In this document: positions 27,501-37,036 of the stretch, one piece after another
How the letters are laid out: every line of letters starts with the position of its first letter
Position numbering within the stretch: the first letter of the stretch is position 1
Assembly: GCA_934486825.1 (NCBI GenBank)
Contig: CAKSQF010000012.1
Coordinates: 14,751 to 78,750 of the forward strand
Reading direction: 5' to 3'
DNA length: 64,000 bases
Source of the DNA: an uncultured Eubacteriales bacterium
GTDB taxonomy: Bacteria; Bacillota; Clostridia; Oscillospirales; CAG-272
The notes under the pieces: generated by a model
Told to the model about the DNA's origin: nothing
Databases searched by the model: none
What the model saw: the letters and a program-made list of their open reading frames with translations, nothing else
Translations under genes and position numbers: made by a program

Positions 27501-29813
27501 ATGACCTTACACAACAAAATGACAAGCCTTGACGGAACATGGCGTTTGTACATCGCCGAAAATCGGTTTTGCAAAGCTTTTGCGAAAGAGCTTTGCGACG
27601 AGAATTCGCTGTCACGCCTGAATATCGGACCGATAGACGGAAGCGTGCCGGGAAACTTTGAGCTCGATATGCTACGGGACGGTCTGATCGACGACCCGTT
27701 CTTCGGGACGAATGTTCTTGAACTTCAGAAGCTTGAAAACCGCCATCTCTGGTATGTACGCAATTTCGATTACAAAAAGGAAGCAGACGGCATACCGACG
27801 CTCAGGTTTGAGGGCATCGACACCTTTGCCGATATCTACCTGAACGGTCGGCTGATCGGCTCGTCGGATAACATGCTCATTGAGCACGAATTTGAAGCGG
27901 CGGCGATAAGGGAAGGCACAAACGAGCTTGTGGTGCATATAACGCCGTCGGTGATCGCCGCAAGAAATTACGGCGAAAACATGGGCGTTTTTACCTCCAT
28001 GAAATACAATGCCGGCTCATTGCAGGTCAGAAAAGCCGCCCACTCCTACGGATGGGACATCTGTCCGCGGATCATTTCGGGCGGGCTCTGGAAGAGCGTT
28101 TACCTGTACGTTAAAAAAGCGGACAGGATAGACGACGTTTATCTTCAGACTTTTTCGCTTGAAAAGAACCGTGCGCGTCTTTTTCTGAGCTATGAGACTA
28201 CCCTTTCGGGCGATTATTCAACCGATTATTCACTGAGTATAAGCGGAAGCTGTAAAGACAGCTCCTTCTCGTATCATCTTGACAGGCTGTGGCACAATTG
28301 CGGCGGTGCGGAATTCGATCTTTGGGATCCGCTTGTCTGGTGGCCGCGCGACATGGGCGATCAGCCGCTCTACCGTGTAAAGGTGGTCCTTTCTTACAAA
28401 GGAGAGCCTGTTGACAGCAAAGAATTTGATTTCGGCGTGCGGACGGTAAAGCTCGTAAAGACCGACACGACGGACGACAACGGAAGCGGCGAGTTCTGTT
28501 TTTACGTAAACGGCGCAAGGTTCTACGCACGCGGAACGAACTGGGTTCCGCTCGACGCGTTTCATTCACGGGATCGGGAAAGGCTTGGAAAAGCGCTAGA
28601 TCTGCTTTACGAATCTAACTGCAACTGTGTGCGCTGTTGGGGCGGAAACGTCTACGAATCTGAGGAATTCTTCGATTACTGCGACAGGCACGGCATAATG
28701 GTCTGGCAGGACTTTGCCATGGGCTGTGAAAAATATCCGCTTGACCCCTCCTTCGCCGTCCGACTGGCAAAAGAGGTCGAATCGGTGGTTCGCAGGCTCC
28801 GCATCCACCCGTCGCTTGCGCTCTGGGCGGGCGACAACGAGTGCGATCTTGCGTTTGCATACTGGTGCCGCGCACTGCCCGACGATCCCGGCAGGAACAC
28901 CGTTACGAGAAAAACCGTACCCGATGTCGTAAAAAGGCTGGACCCGTGGCGAGATTATCTTCCCTCATCGCCTTATATCAGCGAGGCGGCATACCGTTCG
29001 GGCGCAAAACTGCCCGAGGATCATCTCTGGGGACCGCGCGACTATTTCAAAGGCGATTTTTACAGAAACGCCGCCGCGCATTTTGCAAGCGAAATAGGCT
29101 ACCACGGCTGTCCTGCCCCCGATTCGATAAAGAAATTCATAAGCCCGGGCAAGCTGTGGAGTCCGGTTGACAACGACGAATGGCAGGTACATGCGGCATG
29201 CATGGAGACCGAAAAGGATGTCCCCTACGCTTACCGCATCCCGATGATGAGCAATCAGATAAAGCTCTTTTTCGGCGATCAGCCCGACTCTCTCGAAAGA
29301 TTTTCGCTTGAAAGCAGATATTGTCAGGCTGAGGCATTCAAATATTTTATCGAACATTTCCGCTCCGAAAAATGGAGACGCACCGGTCTTATCTGGTGGA
29401 ATCTGCTTGACTGCTGGCCGCAGTTTTCGGACGCCGTAGTCGATTACTATTTCGAAAAAAAGGAAGCGTTCGACTTCATAAAGAGATCGCAGGAGCCTGT
29501 CGCCCTTATGGTAAGGGAGGAAAAGGACAAGAGTCTCACTCTCGTCGGGGTGAACGAATTCCCGTCCGACAGGCAGGTGAGCTTTACGGTCACCGATCTT
29601 GCCGACAACTCTCTCGCGGCAAAGGGAATAATTACTCTCGGATCGGCTTCCGCCTTCCCGATAGGAAAGCTCGCATGCGACGAAAAGGCGCATTTCTTCC
29701 TCATCGAATACGAATCGGACGGGAAAAAGCTGAAAAACCACTATCTTGCAGGACAGCCTCCCTTTGATTTTGACACGTATTACAAATGGATCAGGGCGGC
29801 ATACAACATATAA
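27501..29813 (+). CDS. GH2 beta-mannosidase-like glycosidase
   Basis: 770 aa with an LDGTWRL N-terminus and VRCWGGNVYESEEFFDYCDRHGIMVWQDFAMGC typical of GH2 mannosidase-type enzymes. Confidence 0.75.
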   Translation: MTLHNKMTSLDGTWRLYIAENRFCKAFAKELCDENSLSRLNIGPIDGSVPGNFELDMLRDGLIDDPFFGTNVLELQKLENRHLWYVRNFDYKKEADGIPTLRFEGIDTFADIYLNGRLIGSSDNMLIEHEFEAAAIREGTNELVVHITPSVIAARNYGENMGVFTSMKYNAGSLQVRKAAHSYGWDICPRIISGGLWKSVYLYVKKADRIDDVYLQTFSLEKNRARLFLSYETTLSGDYSTDYSLSISGSCKDSSFSYHLDRLWHNCGGAEFDLWDPLVWWPRDMGDQPLYRVKVVLSYKGEPVDSKEFDFGVRTVKLVKTDTTDDNGSGEFCFYVNGARFYARGTNWVPLDAFHSRDRERLGKALDLLYESNCNCVRCWGGNVYESEEFFDYCDRHGIMVWQDFAMGCEKYPLDPSFAVRLAKEVESVVRRLRIHPSLALWAGDNECDLAFAYWCRALPDDPGRNTVTRKTVPDVVKRLDPWRDYLPSSPYISEAAYRSGAKLPEDHLWGPRDYFKGDFYRNAAAHFASEIGYHGCPAPDSIKKFISPGKLWSPVDNDEWQVHAACMETEKDVPYAYRIPMMSNQIKLFFGDQPDSLERFSLESRYCQAEAFKYFIEHFRSEKWRRTGLIWWNLLDCWPQFSDAVVDYYFEKKEAFDFIKRSQEPVALMVREEKDKSLTLVGVNEFPSDRQVSFTVTDLADNSLAAKGIITLGSASAFPIGKLACDEKAHFFLIEYESDGKKLKNHYLAGQPPFDFDTYYKWIRAAYNI

Positions 29814-29833
29814 TTATAAAAGGAGCAAAAAGA

Positions 29834-30469
29834 ATGAATCTCAAAGACGCTTACCGCTTTCAGAACAGACTCAATTCACACACCGATGAAATAATCGCGA
29901 TAATATCCGACAACACGAACGTGACAAAAGTAAAATCCACCCTGTACAAGAGCAGGGTCATGCCCGAAGCAAAGGACGAGGAAGTTGACAGACTTCCGAC
30001 AACCGAATATGCCGACCGTATCACATCGCTCTGCGATCTTGCCGTTTTTCTGATGGACGAGCGGGAGAAGCTGGCGATAGCGATAAGAAGCGCCAAGCTT
30101 GCGCTTGAAATCGACATCGACAGCGAGGTCGGACTGAACGGCAAGCGCCGCGAGCTTGCCGACGTACTCAGATCGATGAACTCACTGCGCGGAAGCGAAC
30201 GCCTCGTGAAAAACGGCGGGACTGCCTACCGCTTCAACGCCGACGGCGAGCAGGTGTCCTATTTCTGCGACATGAAGGAGGTCACCACCATAAATTTCGA
30301 CCGCAATGTCACCCGCAGATACGAAAACGCGCTGAACAGAAAGAGCGACGAAATATCGGCTGAGATCGACAAATGTCTTGTCATGACCGAGGTTGATTAT
30401 CAGCCCCCGTTTGACGTAAACGACAGCTTTTCCGAGGTTTTTGAGAGCTTCGTTTCAAAAACAGAATAA
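29834..30469 (+). CDS. Hypothetical 211-aa protein, predicted helical, no recognised family
   Basis: AAGGAG RBS 8 nt before the ATG at 29834. Clean ORF with coding-like composition and no signal peptide. Confidence 0.6.
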   Translation: MNLKDAYRFQNRLNSHTDEIIAIISDNTNVTKVKSTLYKSRVMPEAKDEEVDRLPTTEYADRITSLCDLAVFLMDEREKLAIAIRSAKLALEIDIDSEVGLNGKRRELADVLRSMNSLRGSERLVKNGGTAYRFNADGEQVSYFCDMKEVTTINFDRNVTRRYENALNRKSDEISAEIDKCLVMTEVDYQPPFDVNDSFSEVFESFVSKTE

Positions 30470-30478
30470 ACAGCCCCT

Positions 30479-30765
30479 TCCGGCTGTCTGTGATGCGACA
30501 GAGAGGACGGCTCCGCCGAAGTCGGTTCGTGCGCGGGTGAACTGTAATGCCGTGCGTTTTTATATCGTTTGATATACTTTTTATTGGATCAGGTGCGCCT
30601 CCGAAGCCGCAATTTTCGAAAGCCGTACTTCCGCAAAGAGCGTTGTCCCGCAAATCCATCGATCATTCTCACGCTTCAGCGATTTTTGGATTTTGCCTTT
30701 GTGCAGTTTTATGTTTAAAGGACGGAGGCGGCGCCGAAATCTCTGTCGTATCACAGACAGTCGGA
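30479..30765. repeat. 287-bp non-coding element bounded by ~26-bp imperfect inverted repeats
   Basis: Left arm 30479-30504 (TCCGGCTGTCTGTGATGCGACAGAGA) and right arm 30740-30765 (TCTCTGTCGTATCACAGACAGTCGGA). Core 21 bp has 1 mismatch. No credible ORF inside. Confidence 0.7.
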
Positions 30766-30772
30766 CAAACGC

Positions 30773-30807
30773 AAAAACGACCCGTGCAATGCACGGGTCG
30801 TTTTTTT
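30773..30807. terminator. Bidirectional terminator downstream of proS
   Basis: CGACCCGTGC-AAT-GCACGGGTCG flanked by A5 and T7. Confidence 0.85.
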
Positions 30808-30830
30808 GCCGCACCATGTTGGCGGTCTTT

Positions 30831-32558
30831 TTATTCATACATACTCATGAGCTCATCGACAAGTGCCTTAATCTCGCTTGCGGCACCCGCTATCGGTATA
30901 TCCTTTTTGATCGTTTTGTCGCGGGTCGTAAGCTCTATCACACCGCGCTCACAGGTCTTGGGACTGACCACCGCGCGTACCGGGATACCGAACAGATCGG
31001 CATCGGCAAACATCGATCCGGGACGTATGTCGCGGTCATCATAAAGCACCTCGACACCTGCCGCTTCAAGCTCTGCGTAAAGCGCCTCCGCGGTGCTGTT
31101 CACCTTTTCGTCGTCGCGGCGCAGATTGCATACCTCGACCTGCCACGGTGCTATCGGCATGGGCCAGATCGGACCGTACTGATCGTGACTCTCCTGACAG
31201 ATCGACGCGCAGAGTCGTCCGACGCCTATTCCGTAACAGCCCATGATCGGATACTGCCGCTGTCCCTGTGCGTCAAGATATGTCATGTCCATTGATTTTG
31301 TATACTTCGTTCCGAGCTGGAATATATTGCCGACCTCGATTCCCTTGAAAAGCTTTATCGAATGTCTGCCGCAGACCGGGCAGATTCCGCCCGGGGTCGC
31401 CTTTGCCACATCCACATAGGTCGCATCCGACGGCAGATCGCGCGCGGGATTGAAGCCCGTGTAATGAGTGTCGGCTTTATTTGCCCCGCAGACGAAATTC
31501 GATCCGCCCTCTACCGAGCGATCATATACCACGGTTGCCTTCCCGCCGAAGTTCACGGGTCCTATAAATCCGGGAACAATTCCGCTCTCTTCCGTTATCT
31601 CGGTCGCGGGATGAATGTTCCTGCCGAGATAATTGCGCAGTTTGGTCTCGTTGACCTCAAGATCGCCTCTTATAAAGACCACGACATAGTCGTCGGTGTC
31701 GTTTTCCTGATAGACAACCGCCTTGCAAAGCTTCTTCGCCTTCATGTGAAGCATATTGCAGAGTGCCTCTATTGTTTTGACATCGGGAGTGGATATTTCG
31801 CAAAGCGCCTCCGGCTCTTCGGGCTTTCCCTTATCGACTATACATTCAGCCGCCTCGACGTTCGCCTTGTAATCGCAATCGGTACAGATTGCGAGCGTAT
31901 CCTCGCCTATCTCCGAAAGGAGCATGAACTCATGCGATACGGCGCCGCCCATCATGCCCGAGTCGGACTTGACCGCAACCACGTTTTTCGCGCCCGCACG
32001 CTTGTAAATGCGCACGTATGCGTCATAGCAGCGCTTATAGTAGCGCTCCAGATCCTCCTGACTTGTATGGAAGGAATACGCATCTTTCATCGTAAATTCG
32101 CGCACACGGATAAGTCCGCCGCGCGCACGGGGTTCGTCCCTGAACTTTGTCTGGAGCTGGTAGATCATGAACGGAAAATCGGTATACGATTTTGCGGTAT
32201 CGCGGGCAAGCTGGACAGCCGCCTCCTCATGTGTCATTCCGAGAACCATGGGATTGCCCGACCTGTCGGTGAATCTCGCCATTTCGCTTCCGATCGAAGT
32301 ATATCTGCCCGATTCCTCCCAGAGGGACGCAGGCATTACCACCGGGAAAAGAACCTCCTGACCGTCGATCTTATCCATTTCCTCGCGGATTATGTTTTCG
32401 ATCTTTTTTGTTATCCGTCTTGCCGGCATGAAGAGAGAGTAGCTGCCGTTGCTTACATATTTCATGTATCCGCCCCTTATCATCAGGGCATGGCTTTCTA
32501 TCACACAGTCCTTAGGAGCTTCCTTCAGACGCTCACCGAGCATTTTACTGACACGCAT
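30831..32558 (-). CDS. proS: Prolyl-tRNA synthetase (bacterial type with editing insertion)
   Basis: 575 aa with N-terminus MRVSKMLGERLKEAPKDCVIESHALMIRGGYM and class II motifs throughout. Confidence 0.9.
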   Translation of the reverse strand: MRVSKMLGERLKEAPKDCVIESHALMIRGGYMKYVSNGSYSLFMPARRITKKIENIIREEMDKIDGQEVLFPVVMPASLWEESGRYTSIGSEMARFTDRSGNPMVLGMTHEEAAVQLARDTAKSYTDFPFMIYQLQTKFRDEPRARGGLIRVREFTMKDAYSFHTSQEDLERYYKRCYDAYVRIYKRAGAKNVVAVKSDSGMMGGAVSHEFMLLSEIGEDTLAICTDCDYKANVEAAECIVDKGKPEEPEALCEISTPDVKTIEALCNMLHMKAKKLCKAVVYQENDTDDYVVVFIRGDLEVNETKLRNYLGRNIHPATEITEESGIVPGFIGPVNFGGKATVVYDRSVEGGSNFVCGANKADTHYTGFNPARDLPSDATYVDVAKATPGGICPVCGRHSIKLFKGIEVGNIFQLGTKYTKSMDMTYLDAQGQRQYPIMGCYGIGVGRLCASICQESHDQYGPIWPMPIAPWQVEVCNLRRDDEKVNSTAEALYAELEAAGVEVLYDDRDIRPGSMFADADLFGIPVRAVVSPKTCERGVIELTTRDKTIKKDIPIAGAASEIKALVDELMSMYE

Positions 32559-32609
32559 AGCTGTTTTTTCCTTTTCTGTAACCGATTGATTTTTTATAAA
32601 TACAGGGTA

Positions 32610-32638
32610 ATTTTATCACTTTTCGGTCGCAATGTCAA
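32610..32638 (-). promoter_or_regulatory. Promoter of proS
   Basis: Minus strand TTGACA-17 bp-TAAAAT. The leader is only about 45 nt, with no T-box. Confidence 0.6.
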
Positions 32639-32827
32639 TAGAAAGCGCAAAAAAACGGATTCTCCCGGCAAAATATCGCCGCCCCGCCGTCGTTCAAAGT
32701 TCTCATATGTGCAAAAGTACAAAAAAATATGGAGAATAAGAGACTTTTTTTGTCTTGAATAATGATTGAATTGAGTGTAGACTGAAATCGTCTTTTAATA
32801 CCTAATAAAATAAGGAAGGGTTTGAGA

Positions 32828-33679
32828 ATGAAAAATCTTCTTAAAACACTGATCTGTGTTTCGCTTCTTGCCGCAATGTCGGTATCGATGCTTGCATGCG
32901 GCGGCGACAGCCAGACAACAACAACCGCTGCTGCGGGAGTTACCACAACTCCGGCGACAACCACAACCGTACCCAAGCAGACGACCACTGTTCCCGCGCA
33001 GACAACCACTGTTCCGGATACGACAAACGTACCCGACAAGCCCAAGGATGAGCCCTCCTCTTATTATGAAGAGGATGAGATTTATGTCATCGACGGCGTG
33101 AAGCTTGTCGCTTCAAACGGCTACTGCGAATTTGCGGAAGACGGCGGTCTTGAGGCAAAGTACGAGAGAGTTGACCTCGTTGCATGGGACACAAACTTCA
33201 CCTACGGCAAGATCACGGTTACAATGTCGGGCAAACCCGAGAGCGAAGACAACGACAACGGACTCTTCCTCAATATAGCAAGCGGCAGCATGAAGGACAG
33301 AGTTCTTTCCGAGTCGTTCAACGAGGGCGATCAGTATGATCTCAAAACATCGGGCGGATATTACATGTTCTTCATCGGAGACAAGACATCCGGTCTCAGA
33401 CTTGCAAAAGCCAATGTTCCCACTCTTGACAAGACATGGGTAGAGTGTGCGATCGTTGACGGAACAAGAAATGTCAAAGAGCTTGGCTATCAGCACGGCG
33501 ACAAGTTCACGATCACAATCGAAGTTCTTCCCGGCGGCATTTTCAAGGGCTACTACGGCGATACCCTCATGTGGACATATACCGACGAGGCTCCCCTTCA
33601 GGGAACCGGTATCGGCGTAAGACTTGAGCATGTCGGCGTTAAGCTTTACAGCATCAAGATTGAGCCGGCAGAAGGCTGA
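32828..33679 (+). CDS. Secreted lipoprotein with a Thr-rich linker and a jelly-roll (DUF1080/LamG-like) C-domain
   Basis: Lipobox MLACGG. Linker with TTTVP(K/A)Q repeats. C-terminal GTGIGVRLEHVGVKLYSIKIE resembles DUF1080-type ends. Confidence 0.65.
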   Translation: MKNLLKTLICVSLLAAMSVSMLACGGDSQTTTTAAAGVTTTPATTTTVPKQTTTVPAQTTTVPDTTNVPDKPKDEPSSYYEEDEIYVIDGVKLVASNGYCEFAEDGGLEAKYERVDLVAWDTNFTYGKITVTMSGKPESEDNDNGLFLNIASGSMKDRVLSESFNEGDQYDLKTSGGYYMFFIGDKTSGLRLAKANVPTLDKTWVECAIVDGTRNVKELGYQHGDKFTITIEVLPGGIFKGYYGDTLMWTYTDEAPLQGTGIGVRLEHVGVKLYSIKIEPAEG

Positions 33680-33691
33680 TACATATCAGAC

Positions 33692-33724
33692 AAAAGGACT
33701 GCACCTTGCGGTGCAGTCCTTTTC
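33692..33724. terminator. Bidirectional terminator between convergent genes
   Basis: AGGACTGCACC-TTGC-GGTGCAGTCCT flanked by A4 and T3. Confidence 0.8.
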
Positions 33725-33729
33725 CGTTT

Positions 33730-34974
33730 TTATTTCCTGTTTTCAGCCATAAAGCGCTCGATCTCGTCGGGATCGCGTATGATGTCGGCTGAGAGGACTT
33801 CGCAGCCGTTTCCGGTAATCAGCAGGTCATCCTCAATGCGTATACCGATTCCCTCTTCATCGATGTAAAGTCCCGGCTCGTCGGATATGATCGCTCCCTC
33901 GCAAAGCTCCTTGCCCTCGGCAATGTCGGCGTCGTGCACATCGATTCCGATGTGGTGGCTCACTCCGTGCATATAGTATTTTGACAGCTCGGAGCGGTCT
34001 GCTATCTTGCCCATTTTTATAAGTCCGTCGGCAAGCACCTCCTTGCAGATCTCGTTGAGTTCACGGGTGGTGATACCCGGTCTTGCCTGTCTTGCAACCT
34101 CACGGTTCGCCGCAAGCACGATGTCGTAATAGCTGCGCTGGCGGTCGGTATATTTACCGTTTATCGGATATGTACGGGTTATATCGGCGCAGTATCCGTT
34201 CGTTTTTGCGCCGAGATCAAGCAGAAGCAGATCGCCGTCACGGCAGATTTCCCTGTTTGTTTCGTAATGAAGCATGGTTCCGTTCGGTCCGGCGCCCGCG
34301 ATCGTCGGGAATGATGTACCCTCCGCGCCGCAGCAGGCGATCTCGTATTCGAACTCTGCCTGTGCCATGTATTCGTACATTCCGGGGCGGAGCGTTGACA
34401 TTACCCGTTCAAGTCCTGCCTTTGTTACGGCAACCGCACCTCTCATCAGCGCGACCTCGTCTTCGTCCTTCACTCTGCGCAGTTTTGCGAGCGGGGTGTG
34501 AAGATTGCGAAGCTTCACGTACGGGTATTTTCTCATAAAATCCCCGGCTTTTTCAAGATTGTAATCGGGCAGATCGGAGAGCGAATGTCTCTGACAGTCA
34601 AACCAGACGGTTTCGGTCGTGTCGTATGCCATATACGCCGAGATATCCCCATCGATTCTGTCGGTGTAGCGGACATCCTCAATCCCGCTTATTTCCTTTG
34701 CTTCCTCTGCTGTTATCATTTTGCCGGTCCAGCGGATGTTGTACGGGTCAGGCTCTTCGATGTAGAGTGTGGACAGTGTTCTGCCCCCTCTTTTTGTCAT
34801 AAAAAGCAGCATATTTTCGGCAGAAAGTCCTGTCAGATAAAAGAAATTGCGGTTGACACGGAAGGGATAGTATTCGTCCTGGCTGACATGCAGGGCGACA
34901 CCCGAATAAAGAAGCAGCATACAGTTATCGTCAAGCATTTCCGCCAGACGTTCACGATGCGATATTACAGACAT
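33730..34974 (-). CDS. Xaa-Pro aminopeptidase (M24B)
   Basis: 414 aa with metal-ligand motifs DLGAKTNGYCADITRT, HGVSHHIGIDVHD and GIRIEDD. Confidence 0.85.
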   Translation of the reverse strand: MSVISHRERLAEMLDDNCMLLLYSGVALHVSQDEYYPFRVNRNFFYLTGLSAENMLLFMTKRGGRTLSTLYIEEPDPYNIRWTGKMITAEEAKEISGIEDVRYTDRIDGDISAYMAYDTTETVWFDCQRHSLSDLPDYNLEKAGDFMRKYPYVKLRNLHTPLAKLRRVKDEDEVALMRGAVAVTKAGLERVMSTLRPGMYEYMAQAEFEYEIACCGAEGTSFPTIAGAGPNGTMLHYETNREICRDGDLLLLDLGAKTNGYCADITRTYPINGKYTDRQRSYYDIVLAANREVARQARPGITTRELNEICKEVLADGLIKMGKIADRSELSKYYMHGVSHHIGIDVHDADIAEGKELCEGAIISDEPGLYIDEEGIGIRIEDDLLITGNGCEVLSADIIRDPDEIERFMAENRK

Positions 34975-35005
34975 GTTATATCATCCTTTCAGACTTTTTT
35001 CTGTA

Positions 35006-35034
35006 ATTATATACCCGATCCGATTTAAAATCAA
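35006..35034 (-). promoter_or_regulatory. Promoter of the aminopeptidase gene
   Basis: Minus strand TTGATT-17 bp-TATAAT. Confidence 0.55.
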
Positions 35035-35042
35035 GCGGACTG

Positions 35043-35071
35043 TTGAAAAAAAGCGAAAAATATGATAGAAT
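35043..35071 (+). promoter_or_regulatory. Promoter of the phosphoesterase gene
   Basis: TTGAAA-17 bp-TAGAAT. Confidence 0.55.
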
Positions 35072-35101
35072 AAAACAAAAAACTCCGGAAGGACAATGCT
35101 T

Positions 35102-35647
35102 ATGAAATATCTTATAGCCTCTGATATACACGGCTCGGCGAAATACTGCCGTCTGCTTGTCGAAAGCTTCGAAAAAGAAAAGGCAGACCGCCTGCTTCTG
35201 CTCGGCGATCTGCTCTATCACGGTCCGCGCAACGATCTGCCCGACGGATACGCTCCGAAGGAGGTCATAGCTCTTCTCAATCCGCTTGCGGACAGGATCA
35301 CGGCGGTCAGAGGAAACTGCGACGCCGAGGTTGATCAGATGGTGCTTGATTTTCCGATAACCGCCGATTACGCGATCATAAACGCGGGAGAGCACACGAT
35401 ATTTGCGACGCACGGACATCTGTACACTCCCGATTCGGTAAAAAACCTCAGAGAGGGGGACGTTTTCCTCTACGGACACACCCACATCCCCGACAGCAGT
35501 CTGAAAAACGGGATTTTATGCATCAATCCGGGGTCTGTGTCGATTCCGAAGGCGGGCAGTGCGCACGGATATATCATATTTGACGGGAACGGGTTCATCC
35601 GCAAGGAACTTGAAAGCGGGAAAATTCTCGAAACTATCGGTCTTTGA
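35102..35647 (+). CDS. YfcE/MJ0936-family metallophosphoesterase
   Basis: LIASDIHGS, LLLGDLLYHGPRN, VRGNCD and GHTH motifs. ATG at 35102 is 8-9 nt after GGAAGGA. Confidence 0.8.
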   Translation: MKYLIASDIHGSAKYCRLLVESFEKEKADRLLLLGDLLYHGPRNDLPDGYAPKEVIALLNPLADRITAVRGNCDAEVDQMVLDFPITADYAIINAGEHTIFATHGHLYTPDSVKNLREGDVFLYGHTHIPDSSLKNGILCINPGSVSIPKAGSAHGYIIFDGNGFIRKELESGKILETIGL

Positions 35648-36338
35648 TCGCAAGCGTCCGCAGATACGCCTTCCTTTCATCCGGTATGCGATAGCTTTCG
35701 ATCGCTTTTCTTATCGTTTTGTTGTGCACCCATTTATCAAGACGGCGCTCTTCAAGAAAGACCGCCGCACTACCGTACTGCTTTGCAAGCGCGGTGGCGA
35801 ACAGCCACGCAATCATCATATTGACGTAATATTCATCCGATCTGACAGCAGCAGCCTTTTCAAGGATCGCGGGCGAAAAGCGGTCGTCAAGATAATATCT
35901 CATCAGTATACCCAGTCCGAAGCGGATGGTGTAGGTGTGTTCAGACGCTGTCCACAGCTCCGCTTTTTCAAGCAGGCGGTCGGAATATTCCTTCTTTCCG
36001 AACACCATCGGAGAGAGCTGATCGCAGGTTGCCCAGTTATCGACAAAAGGAAGAAAACGGTCGCAGGCGGCGATCGCACTGTCAAAATCCTTTATCAGCG
36101 ATATTATAAAAGCATGCAGATTTTGCTCTTCAAAATATTTATGCGGCAGATCGGCGAGAAAATCGTCGGTCTGCCCTTTTTTTGCAAGCTCCGAGGCAAA
36201 GGCTCTGACTATCGGCGTGCTCACTCCGATCACCCTCTCCCGATCGACGGTCGGCATAAGCTTTGCCTGAAAACTGCCGTATTCCGGGTCGGCGGCTTCA
36301 AAAAGCCGCTCTCTTATCATTTCGATCTCATTATTCAT
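35634..36338 (-). CDS. AlkD-like HEAT-repeat protein (DNA alkylation repair enzyme family)
   Basis: Start at MNNEIEMIRERLFEAADPEYGSFQAKLMPT with a GAAGGA RBS. Family recognised from the N-terminal FQ.K..P pattern and helical repeats. The upstream part of the 343-aa ORF overlaps the S-component gene and is rejected. Confidence 0.65.
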   Translation of the reverse strand: MNNEIEMIRERLFEAADPEYGSFQAKLMPTVDRERVIGVSTPIVRAFASELAKKGQTDDFLADLPHKYFEEQNLHAFIISLIKDFDSAIAACDRFLPFVDNWATCDQLSPMVFGKKEYSDRLLEKAELWTASEHTYTIRFGLGILMRYYLDDRFSPAILEKAAAVRSDEYYVNMMIAWLFATALAKQYGSAAVFLEERRLDKWVHNKTIRKAIESYRIPDERKAYLRTLAIKDR

Positions 36339-36349
36339 AAAAATTCCTT

Positions 36350-37036
36350 CTAAATCCTGTATCGCATTTTTATCCGCCCGAGCTTTTTGATAAACGAGGG
36401 TGCAAGAGCATAAAGGAAAAGTGCGTTTGAAAAAGCATAAAGCAGGGTAAACGGAAGCGCAGTCACCGTTGCCGTAAGGTAAAGAGCAGGAGAAAAGCTC
36501 CCGCTGTACCACACGACCGTCCACACATCCATTATGAGTGAGAAAACAAATCCGGACAGTCCGCCGAAGCCGACGAGCAGAACACGGTTTTTTTCGAGAA
36601 CCGACGAAAAAAGTCCGCCGAGCAAGCCGATCGTTCCCCATGCAATCATGCGGAAGGGGGTCCACGGTCCCTGCCCGAAGAAAAAATCGGAGACAAATGC
36701 CGAAAATGAGCCGACAAGAAATCCGGTCTGCGGTCCGAGAGTCACTCCGCTGATAATTGCAAGTGCCGCCGTCGGCTTGACAATCGGAACAAATCTGCCG
36801 ATGACCGCAAGTGCGGTCATTACGGCGGACAGGGCGAGCCTTCTTGCTCCCCTGCTCTTCGAATCGTATCCGCAGGCAAAGAGCAACAGCGAAAATGCGG
36901 CGACAAGCGTCGATATCAGCAGATATTTTCGCCCGTCTGCGGCAAAAAGCGATACCGCGAGCAGTGTCGGCATTACGACGAGCAGTAAAACAAGTCCGAG
37001 CACCCGCCTTGTGCGGAAATTACGGATGAGGATCAT
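36350..37036 (-). CDS. ECF transporter substrate-specific (S) component, CbrT-like by context
   Basis: 228 aa with ~6 TM segments and a GQGPWTPFRMIAWG motif. ATGA overlap with the ATPase gene. The operon is under a cobalamin riboswitch. Confidence 0.75.
   Translation of the reverse strand: MILIRNFRTRRVLGLVLLLVVMPTLLAVSLFAADGRKYLLISTLVAAFSLLLFACGYDSKSRGARRLALSAVMTALAVIGRFVPIVKPTAALAIISGVTLGPQTGFLVGSFSAFVSDFFFGQGPWTPFRMIAWGTIGLLGGLFSSVLEKNRVLLVGFGGLSGFVFSLIMDVWTVVWYSGSFSPALYLTATVTALPFTLLYAFSNALFLYALAPSFIKKLGRIKMRYRI

Noticed and set aside
31362-32762. 466-aa plus-strand ORF.
   Set aside because: Antisense to proS and running through the proS promoter region. The composition is not protein-like.
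32559-32820. Looked for a T-box leader upstream of proS.
   Set aside because: No T-box consensus (AAUUAGGGUGGUACCGCG-like) or specifier-loop architecture was found. The predicted leader is only about 45 nt.
35559-36353. 264-aa plus-strand ORF, and the N-terminal 109 codons of the 343-aa minus ORF (36339-36665).
   Set aside because: The plus ORF is antisense to the AlkD-like gene. The minus-strand extension overlaps the ECF S-component gene in another frame and lacks an RBS, whereas MNNEIEM at 36338 has one.
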